64,000 nt of DNA, taken from the NCBI GenBank assembly GCA_963745075.1, contig CAVUWV010000020.1:128001-192000 (forward strand), given 5' to 3'. Position 1 is the first letter of the stretch. Every line of letters begins with the position of its first letter. Under the pieces are notes generated by a model. The model saw only the letters and a program-made list of their open reading frames with translations. It was not told the origin of the DNA and did not search any database. Shown here in pieces: positions 19,352 to 26,632 of this stretch. The position numbers and the translations under genes were made by a program. Source of the stretch: Candidatus Hydrogenedentota bacterium. GTDB taxonomy: Bacteria > Hydrogenedentota > Hydrogenedentia > Hydrogenedentales > SLHB01.

Positions 19352-20299
19352 GTGTCACCGGACGGAATTTTGGTTTTTGGCGGGTCGGGCAGTCCCAAGC
19401 TCACCCAGAGCATTGCGGCGTATCTCGGGGTGGAGGTCGGGCAAAACGAGGTGTTGCGCTTCTCCGAAGGCAATCTGTTCGTACGGATTTTGGAGAATGT
19501 CCGCGGGCGCCGAGTCTACTTGGTCCAATCGACGGCGTTTCCGGCCAACGATAACTTCATGGAACTCCTGTTCTGGATCGACGCGTTCCGCAGGTCCAGC
19601 GCTGAGAAGGTCACGGTCGTCATGCCGTACTTCAGCTACGCGAAGGGCGACAAGAAGGATGAGCCGCGGGTATCCATCCGCGCGCGGGTCTGCGCAGACG
19701 CAATCGAAGCCGCGGGCGCCGACCGCGTGGTAACGCTGGATCTTCACGCCCCACAAATCCAGGGCTTCTTCCGGGTTCCTGTAGACGATCTCTATGCCCT
19801 GCCCATCCTCGGGAAGGCCATTCAGGCGAAGAAACTCGAGGATCTCATCGTCGTTTCGCCGGACACGGGGTTCGTGAAGCCGGCGCGCCGGTACGCCTCG
19901 TATCTGAACGTCTCCTTAGCAATCGGGGACAAGGAGCGGGCGGCCCATGATGAAAACGCCGAAGTCATGCAAATCATCGGCAACGTCGAGGGAAAGACCG
20001 CCCTGGTGGTCGATGACTTCACGATTTCCGGCGGCACCCTCATCGAAATCGCGGAGAAGCTGATGGAACGTGGCGCAAAAGCAGTGTATGCGGCGGTGAC
20101 CCATGGGGTCCTTTCACCGGGCGCGAAAGAAAAGATCGACAACAGCCCCATCGAGAAGCTGCTCATAACGGATAGCATCGAGACCCAGCCGGGTCCACTT
20201 CCCGACAAGGTGGAGGTGGTGTCCGTGGCCCCGCTGTTGGGCGAAGCCATCCGTCGGATCCACAATCGCGAAAGCGTGAGCGTCTTGTTTCCGGAATGA
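19352..20299 (+). CDS. prs: Ribose-phosphate pyrophosphokinase
   Basis: FSEGN, MPYFSYAKGDKK, DLHAPQIQGFF, VSPDTG, VDDFTISGGT, THGVLS. Confidence 0.93.
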   Translation: MSPDGILVFGGSGSPKLTQSIAAYLGVEVGQNEVLRFSEGNLFVRILENVRGRRVYLVQSTAFPANDNFMELLFWIDAFRRSSAEKVTVVMPYFSYAKGDKKDEPRVSIRARVCADAIEAAGADRVVTLDLHAPQIQGFFRVPVDDLYALPILGKAIQAKKLEDLIVVSPDTGFVKPARRYASYLNVSLAIGDKERAAHDENAEVMQIIGNVEGKTALVVDDFTISGGTLIEIAEKLMERGAKAVYAAVTHGVLSPGAKEKIDNSPIEKLLITDSIETQPGPLPDKVEVVSVAPLLGEAIRRIHNRESVSVLFPE

Positions 20300-20316
20300 G
20301 ACGGCCACCGGTCGGC

Positions 20317-20696
20317 TCAGGACGTGTTCAGTACCACGGCGGCGCGAACGAGCGCCTTCAATGCCTTCTCGTCGATCGTGTCGCCCTCGTGAAGATCGAT
20401 AGCACGCCGGGTGTTGCCGTCCAGGCTCGAATTGAAAAGGCCCGAAGGGTCCGGGAGCGACGCGCCCTTGGCGAAGGTCATCTTCACCTTGTCCTTATAC
20501 GTCTCACCGGAGCAGATCATCCCGTTGTGCGACCACACCGGGACCCCTCCGGGTTCGACGGCTTTCGCCATTTCACCTCTTCGACCACCTCGGGGTCGGC
20601 CTGCTGGATAAGATGCCGTATCCGCGCGAGCATATCGCCCCGCCAGTCGATCGACTCAGAGGGGGAATCGCCTTTCTGCGATCCGATCTTCTTCAT
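20317..20696 (-). pseudogene. DUF1801 (YdhG-like) protein, frameshifted
   Basis: MKKIGSQKGDSPSESIDWRGDMLARIRHLIQQADPEVVEEVKWRKPSNP then a shifted frame GVPVWSHNG..KMTFAKGASLPDPSGLFNSSLDGNTRRAID; one G missing in a G-run near 20545; may be a sequencing error. Confidence 0.7.
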
Positions 20697-20771
20697 GGCC
20701 CTTTTTCCTCCTCGCTAGTGTCCCGAGTTCCAAGTTCTTCCCACGGATTCCGTTCGATGGGCTGCGCAAAG

Positions 20772-20917
20772 CCCCCCTTTGAAGACAGGTCCGACAAAAG
20801 TCGATGCCTGGACCTTAGGTGACGCGCAAGTCGTTGCCGAGCCTGGACCGCTTTTGCACAAACCGGACCTTTGGCGACTTTTGTCGGCTCCCCCTTTGAA
20901 GGGGGATTTAGGGGGAT
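20772..20917. repeat. REP/MITE-like palindromic element
   Basis: 13-bp inverted repeat CCGACAAAAGTCG (20791) / CGACTTTTGTCGG (20875) plus hairpin TCCCCCTTTGAAGGGGGA; CCCCCTTTGAAG occurs at both ends. Confidence 0.55.
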
Positions 20918-20970
20918 GTTCCCATGCAATCGCCGGCCTGGCATATGGCACAGATCTCAGACTCGTGAGA

Positions 20971-21339
20971 CTAGAGCGGTTTTAACACAAACCTGCCGTA
21001 AGCAATAAACCCACATAAAGCAGCCACGACCAGCCAGTAGATCATCGGCCCGAAGTTCTTGTCGCCGGAATACAGATGCAATCCGCAAAAGAGCACCATT
21101 TCCGCGGCGATGCAGACTGCCGCGATAGGCGCCAGGATGGCCAGAGGCTTGTGAAAAGCCGGAACAATCAACGCCACAGCGCAAAGCAGCTCCAGACCGC
21201 TCATCCCCAACCAGATGCCCTGGGGAATCGCCTTCAGAGACGGCATAGTCTGCTCGGTGGAATGGGAAAACTTCCATACCGCACCCATGGTCGTATGCAG
21301 AGCAAGAACGATTTGGAGGACCCATAGGAGAACGTTCAT
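20971..21339 (-). CDS. DoxX family membrane protein
   Basis: MNVLLWVLQIVLA..K..GLELLCAVALIVP..LAPIAAVC..H..FIAYGRF, four TM segments. Confidence 0.8.
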   Translation of the reverse strand: MNVLLWVLQIVLALHTTMGAVWKFSHSTEQTMPSLKAIPQGIWLGMSGLELLCAVALIVPAFHKPLAILAPIAAVCIAAEMVLFCGLHLYSGDKNFGPMIYWLVVAALCGFIAYGRFVLKPL

Positions 21340-21371
21340 GGTTTCTTCCTTTCATTTCTAACAAAACCTAT

Positions 21372-21451
21372 GATGTAGCGTAGGTGTCTCCGCCTGCATT
21401 CTCTGGGGGTTATGTCTCGGAATTTGCAGGCGGGGACGCCTGCGCTACATC
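21372..21451. repeat. GTAG-type REP doublet (REPIN-like)
   Basis: GATGTAGCGTAGGTGTCTCCGCCTGCA ... TGCAGGCGGGGACGCCTGCGCTACATC inverted pair. Confidence 0.7.
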
Positions 21452-21537
21452 TTCTACGCCTCGCCGATATCCCACTTTTGCACTACGCTCTCAGTTTGGC
21501 AAACCACCGTGCACCTGAAGAACAAGGGCCACGCTCC

Positions 21538-21978
21538 TCATGGAAGCCTCCCGAGCAACTCGACCAGCCTCCCGCCCATCAGCCTCCAACCGTAGCGCGC
21601 GCCGCCAAACGCCCGCTTTTGGTCCGGCTTAAAGCCCGACTGCACGAGAGACAAGCGCGTGCCCGTCGCCGTCGGCGTGAGCGTGAACGTCACGACGGTG
21701 TCAATCTCCATATCGCCGACAACCCACGTGTAGCGCAGCTTCCGCTTCGGTTCGATTTCGAGCAACCGGCACCTTACCCTGCCGTCCCACTCCGGCTGCG
21801 GCGGCGCCTGGAACGTGAACGCCGCATCCGGTTCGAGCTTCAGATCGACGACCGGCAGCAGCCACTCCGCCAGCAATTCCGGGTCCGTCAACGCCCGCCA
21901 CACCTTCTCCAGCGAATGATGCAATTCGAACTCGAACGAAATAGTATCGCTTTGCCCTTTTGCCGTCTTGTCCGTCAT
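21538..21978 (-). CDS. SRPBCC/AHSA1 domain protein
   Basis: EKVWRALTDPELLAEW..LEIEPKRKLRYTW..DTVVTFTLTPTATGTRLSLVQSGF..GARYGW; classic ArsR-SRPBCC pair. Confidence 0.9.
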   Translation of the reverse strand: MTDKTAKGQSDTISFEFELHHSLEKVWRALTDPELLAEWLLPVVDLKLEPDAAFTFQAPPQPEWDGRVRCRLLEIEPKRKLRYTWVVGDMEIDTVVTFTLTPTATGTRLSLVQSGFKPDQKRAFGGARYGWRLMGGRLVELLGRLP

Positions 21979-22004
21979 TCGTCCATCTTCTCCAACCGTT
22001 GAGC

Positions 22005-22060
22005 GGGACTGACGCCGTCTTTCGCGTAGGCTTTGCGAAGCGAAACACGGTGTCTGTCCC
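22005..22060. repeat. Palindromic REP-like element (GGGACTGAC...GTCTGTCCC), copy 1
   Basis: Imperfect long hairpin; related copy at 22729-22782. Confidence 0.65.
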
Positions 22061-22114
22061 TCTCCCGGGCGACCTTATGCCTGCCACGCCAAAACCAGCG
22101 TTGTAGGGTTAACG

Positions 22115-22444
22115 TCATTCGTCCATCGTCTCCAACAGTTGTTCGAGGCGATCGACCCGCTCCGTCCAGAATGCGCGATAGTGCGCGATCCAATCGACGA
22201 GCGGCTTCAACCCGCGCGGCTCGATCCGGTAATAAACGCAACGCCCCTCGCGCCGGCCATTCACCAGCCCGGCCTCCTTCAACGCCGCGAGATGCTGCGA
22301 CACCGCCGGCTGCGAGATGTCGAACCGCGCCGTGAGATCCTTCACCGCCGTCTCGCCAAGCGTCAACGACTCGAAAATCGCCCGCCGGCTCGGGTCCGCC
22401 AGCGCCTGAAAGATCTTGTCCTCGACCAAAGCTGCACCTTGCAT
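22115..22444 (-). CDS. ArsR/SmtB family transcriptional regulator
   Basis: FQALADPSRRAIFESL..ISQPAVSQHLAALKEAGLV..REGRCVYYRI. Confidence 0.92.
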   Translation of the reverse strand: MQGAALVEDKIFQALADPSRRAIFESLTLGETAVKDLTARFDISQPAVSQHLAALKEAGLVNGRREGRCVYYRIEPRGLKPLVDWIAHYRAFWTERVDRLEQLLETMDE

Positions 22445-22450
22445 GGTTAA

Positions 22451-22479
22451 AGCATAAGCGATCACTTATGAATTGTCAA
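22451..22479 (-). promoter_or_regulatory. sigma70 promoter with embedded operator (probably leaderless arsR mRNA)
   Basis: TTGACA-17-TATGCT, 6 nt before the ATG; dyad CATAAG-N6-CTTATG at 22453-22470. Confidence 0.75.
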
Positions 22480-22728
22480 GCACCCGGAACGGGCCACTCA
22501 CGGGGTTAGCGGGCGCGCGGCACAACTGCGGGTACGGTCGATTTTCCTCGAATTGTCGCGATTCTTTTTGTACGTGAACACCCACAATGGCAGGATCAAC
22601 TGGATAGCCACGAGGACCGGCCTGCATTCACACCGGAGGTGTGACGCAACCCTAGCCAGGGGTGAAGCCCCTGGTAACCGGGTTCCCCAATGATCGAGCG
22701 CTGAAAGTGCGACGCAATTTCCACTGGC

Positions 22729-22782
22729 GGGACTGACCCCGTCTTTTGCGGAGTCTTCGGAGCAAAACACGGGGTCTGTCCC
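22729..22782. repeat. Palindromic REP-like element, copy 2
   Basis: GGGACTGACCCCGTCTTTTGC...GCAAAACACGGGGTCTGTCCC. Confidence 0.65.
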
Positions 22783-22792
22783 TGTCCCCACC

Positions 22793-23497
22793 AACCGGAT
22801 TGACGAAGCTTTGGCAGCTTTCGACACCGCCCTCCGCATCGGCGAAGGCGGGAAGGAAACGCTGAACAACCTCGGCAGCGTTTGCGCAGAATACGGACAG
22901 TTGGCGGCGGCGGAGCGGTATTACATGCAAGCCCTGGAGAATGACCCCGTCTACGGCACGTCGCTACGCAACCTGGGCAAGGTCTACCTCCAGACGGGAC
23001 GTTACCGGGAGGCATTACCCCTCTTTGAGCGGCTGCTGAAGAAAGACCCCCTGGAACCGGAAGCGAACTGGCTGGCCTTTACCTGCCTGAAAGGGCAGGG
23101 CCGCATCGATGAGGCCATCGCCCAACTGGAGCGGATGGATACGTTCCCCGGCGACTACCGTGGAGCGAAGTCGCCTGTGTCGCCAGGTTTCACGCTATCA
23201 GGAGTGATACCGAGAGACAAAGCCCGCATCTACCGCGAACTCGGGATGATCTACCTCAACGAGAAACGGCAACCCGCCGTGGCTCAGCGGTTCTTCATGA
23301 GGAGTCTATCTATTGACTCCGAACAACCGGAATTACAGAAGGTCATCGCCCAATTGCAGTCCGGTGTTGGCCAGGACGCGGCCTCGAATGCTCCGCTCAT
23401 GCCGGAAGATTTGATGCCAGGTCTGCCGGGAATGCCGCCTTCCGTGCCTACGCCGCAGGTACCCCGGCCTGGTGTTGGAGTACCGGGCGTGCCTTGA
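22793..23497 (+). pseudogene. 5'-truncated tetratricopeptide repeat protein with Pro-rich tail
   Basis: TPR motifs LNNLGSV..AERYYMQALENDP..LRNLGKVYLQTGRYREA; the frame begins mid-repeat (NRIDEALAAF) right after the REP-like element with no RBS. Confidence 0.6.
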
Positions 23498-23507
23498 GCA
23501 GCACACG

Positions 23508-23761
23508 TTACTGCACAAGGTGGCTTCGCGGGTGGCAGCACCCGTCGTATTCGTAATCCCAGAACGACTCGTCTTCATAGGTTGTCGTCGTGATGTTCCC
23601 CACGTCGTCCAGGGCATCGGTAAACCCGTCCAGCACGTTTGCTCCGTCCTTATGCTCAATGGCGGTCAACCGATTGCGCGAGTCGTAGCTGTAATTCGTC
23701 GTCATCCCGTTGGGATGACTGTACCGGCCGGAAGGCCGAAGGTGTTGTAGTCAAAATCCCA
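23508..23761 (-). pseudogene. Rhs/YD-repeat gene fragment
   Basis: WDFDYNTFGLP / HPNGMTTNYSYDSRNRLTAIEHKDGANVLDGF..DDVGNIT..WDYEYD; frameshifted, no start. Confidence 0.7.
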
Positions 23762-23793
23762 CACAACTTACAAATTAAAATCATCTGGACAGA

Positions 23794-24279
23794 TCAATTC
23801 TGATTCGGCGGACCGTCCAACGATCCACCTAATTCACGATATTTCTTGGTGTACACATTCGTTTCCCCCGCAAGTACAGCGATTTGCCTCAAGATTTGCG
23901 GATCAAAGGCCGAGAAAAAACCCATCCTTATGCACGTTCCGTCACGAAATGACAAATTCCGCGTTAGGAAATTGACCTTGACAAGTTCAGACCAAAATCC
24001 AAACTGTTCCTTGCCAGACGGCATCTTCTTTCGTATCCCCTCATTTGTGATTATGAATTCTCCTCGAAACCACTCTTCCCGATACCCCAACCAAATCTGA
24101 ATCGCTAAAGCGAGAAAAGCAGCGCCAGATACAACGAGGATGCCAGCGTCGCATTTCCTACCCAAGAGTCTCGGCGCTGGATCAAAAGCGAGGGCGGTCA
24201 CCACCAAGTACCATCCCACTGTGGCTACAAAAATCACGATATACAGTATCGTTGCCAGCCACCAGAACAGCCTATCCAT
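23794..24279 (-). CDS. Low-GC hypothetical membrane protein (two TM helices plus soluble domain)
   Basis: Open 161-aa frame, AT-richer than its flanks, two N-terminal hydrophobic stretches. Confidence 0.55.
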   Translation of the reverse strand: MDRLFWWLATILYIVIFVATVGWYLVVTALAFDPAPRLLGRKCDAGILVVSGAAFLALAIQIWLGYREEWFRGEFIITNEGIRKKMPSGKEQFGFWSELVKVNFLTRNLSFRDGTCIRMGFFSAFDPQILRQIAVLAGETNVYTKKYRELGGSLDGPPNQN

Positions 24280-24317
24280 AAAAGGGCACCGGACCCTAAC
24301 GGAATTTGCATCCACGT

Positions 24318-24925
24318 AATAAATGGGGACAGTAACCATTTATTGCAGTCCCCTCCTTGACGCTCGATGCCGGGTGCGTGAATTCCGATGGGCCCGTGCA
24401 TCCGTGATCCTTTTGCAATACTACTACTGGCGCCCGAAATGCGCAATCGGTTTCGCGCACGGTCTCGTTTACCGTCGCTTGCGCGGGAACGTTTCTTTGC
24501 TGCCGTGGGGGCGCCCGCACGGGATGGCGCGGACACGGCGGCCGAGGTAGGTTTCTACCTTGCTGAGAAGCGAATCGCCGCCGAGGGGACGGCCCGTACG
24601 CGTGTGCAGGCGAAGGAGGTCCGCCTCGGGGCCGGAATCGGCGAGGGCTGTGAGCGTGCCCTTCCAGTTCGAGGCGGGCGTCGCCTCGAACCACCCGCCC
24701 AGGTCCAGCTGCAATAAATGGTTACTGTCCCCAATTATTGCCTTGCTGAGAAGCGAATCGCCGCCGAGGGGACGGCCCGTACGCGTGTGCAGGCGAAGGA
24801 GGTCCGCCTCGGGGCCGGAATCGGCGAAGGCTGTGAGCGTGTCCTTCCAGTTCGAGGCGGGCGTCGCCTCGAACCACCCGCCCAGGTCCAGCTGCAATAA
24901 ATGGTTACTGTCCCCAATTATTGCA
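24318..24925 (-). mobile_element. Non-autonomous, internally deleted derivative of the RAYT element with a 183-bp tandem duplication
   Basis: Bounded by AATAAATGGGGACAGTAACCATTTATT-type palindromes (24318, 24711, 24893); sequence homologous to 25616-26000, encoding LLRLHTRTGRPLGGDSLLSK twice. Confidence 0.8.
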
Positions 24926-24997
24926 ACCCGTCCAACACGTTCGCGCCGTCCTCTTGCTCGATGGCGGCACTTTTTGATGGCCGTGTTGATGGGGTTG

Positions 24998-25429
24998 TTA
25001 TGCATGATTGTACTCCGCCAAGAGTTCGTGCTCGCGACTCGTTTCCGATATATGCAAGATCAATGTCCCTCGAAGTTCCACTACCGGGTGAGATGCGTTG
25101 TTCTTTGCGAAGCAGAATACCTCCTTTAAGGCCTCGTTCTTGTGCCACGTTGTCAGTACAAAGTTTGCTTCCGGGACATTTTCAAAATTGAATTCTTCGA
25201 GGTTTGCCACATCAACCGCGTCATCCCATGAGGAGCAGTCATAACCCCAAGCCATCATGTACAGACATCCAGATTGCACTAGCCAAGTGCTCACTTGGGA
25301 CTGCCATTCCAAACTCACGGGCTCTTCGATGACCATAATTGCCCGAAACGGGCTAACACCCGAAATTTCAGGAAGACTCGACTCCGGCCTAAGCTGGAGA
25401 TATGTCAGTGTCCTCTCGCTAGATGTCAT
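24998..25429 (-). CDS. Low-GC conserved-looking hypothetical protein
   Basis: 143-aa ORF with GCLYMMAWG..CSSWDDAVD..TTWH; resembles an uncharacterised family from memory only. Confidence 0.6.
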   Translation of the reverse strand: MTSSERTLTYLQLRPESSLPEISGVSPFRAIMVIEEPVSLEWQSQVSTWLVQSGCLYMMAWGYDCSSWDDAVDVANLEEFNFENVPEANFVLTTWHKNEALKEVFCFAKNNASHPVVELRGTLILHISETSREHELLAEYNHA

Positions 25430-25615
25430 AACAGGGCCTGACTGCCAGGTAAATTTCGGATTTGCTCAATTCACTCAACAATGTTGATACAAGGCAAATA
25501 AGATAAAATAATTCTGTTCTACTCGCAAACATAAAGAGCTAGGACCTTCTTGATCAAGGTTACGAACCATGCTTCTGCAAACATGCCCGAAGTTGTTTTT
25601 CAAAGTTCTTTAAAG

Positions 25616-26528
25616 AATAAATGGGGACAGTAACCATTTATTGGGGCCCCTTCCTTGCTACTTGATGCCGGTCGGGTAAATCCGATGCACCCGCGCACCC
25701 GTGATCCTTTTATAATACTACCACTCGCGCCCAGAATGCGCAATGTATTTCGCGTGATGGAATGTTCACCGCCGTTTGCGGCGGACTCGGTCCTTGCTAC
25801 CGTGGGGGCGGCCGCGGGGAATGGCGCGCACCCTTCGGCCAAGGTAGGTCTCCACCTTACTGAGAAAGGAGTCGCTGCCGAGGGGACGGCCGGTGCGGGT
25901 GTGCAGGCGAAGGAGGTCCACTTCGGGGCCGGAATCCGCAATGGCGACAAGCGTGGCCTTCCAGTGGGAGGCGGGCATTGCGTCGAACCACGCGTTCAGA
26001 TCCAGCAAGCGAGCCGGGTCCCGCCCTTCCCCGCAGTGGGCGCGCGCGCTGGACCACGCATAGTCCCATGCCGAAGCGGCCATTCCCGCGCGCACGGGAT
26101 TGAGTTCTACATACGCCTTCGCGTTGTGCGCGTAATCCTCATCCATGGGGCACGAGTAAAACCGGCTTTGCCAGAGATGGCCCAAGCGCCCGTGGAGGCG
26201 ATGAATATACTGGGCGTACATGAGGTGGGTGCGCCCCATGGTATTCGCCAGCGATTCCTCCCCCTCCGGCGTGGCGACAAGGTGGACGTGATTCGTCATG
26301 AGGCAGTATGCCGACACCGCCAGGCCATGGCGTTGCGCACTCTCCCGCAGAAAAGACAGGTAGACGCGCCGGTCATCATCCGTGAAAAACACGTCCTGCC
26401 GGTAGTTGCCCCGCTGCGTGACGTGATGCGCCACTCCGGGGAGAACGATTCGCGCCTGCCGTGCCATGGGGGAGACGATAGCACCGGCTGCGTGCGGATG
26501 CAATAAATGGTTACTGTCCCTATTTATT
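25616..26528 (-). mobile_element. REP-associated tyrosine transposase element flanked by inverted 27-bp palindromic ends
   Basis: AATAAATGGGGACAGTAACCATTTATT at 25616-25642 and inverted copy AATAAATGGTTACTGTCCCTATTTATT at 26502-26528 bracketing the transposase. Confidence 0.8.
25766..26467 (-). CDS. REP-associated tyrosine (HUH Y1) transposase, RAYT/IS200-like
   Basis: MARQARI..HHVTQRGN..AYCLMTNHVHL (HUH)..GHLWQSRFYS..YVELNPVRAG..YAWSS. Confidence 0.92.
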   Translation of the reverse strand: MARQARIVLPGVAHHVTQRGNYRQDVFFTDDDRRVYLSFLRESAQRHGLAVSAYCLMTNHVHLVATPEGEESLANTMGRTHLMYAQYIHRLHGRLGHLWQSRFYSCPMDEDYAHNAKAYVELNPVRAGMAASAWDYAWSSARAHCGEGRDPARLLDLNAWFDAMPASHWKATLVAIADSGPEVDLLRLHTRTGRPLGSDSFLSKVETYLGRRVRAIPRGRPHGSKDRVRRKRR

Positions 26529-26565
26529 TCCAGCCTCCGGACTGGGAAGCCCGTTTGTGTTCCCC

Positions 26566-26609
26566 AAAATAAAAGCCGCGCGGCGAGGGTCAACCCTGCC
26601 GCACGGCTT
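26566..26609 (-). terminator. Rho-independent terminator of hppA
   Basis: AAGCCGTGCGGCAGGG..CCCTCGCCGCGCGGCTT hairpin followed by TTATTTT on the minus strand. Confidence 0.65.
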
Positions 26610-26632
26610 GCGCTATCCGTATCGTGCGTGTT

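Noticed and set aside
24318..26528. CRISPR array or integron attC array from the 27-bp palindromic repeats
   Set aside because: Copies are in mixed orientation and 180-890 bp apart, the intervening DNA is transposase-derived, and there is no cas or integrase gene in the window
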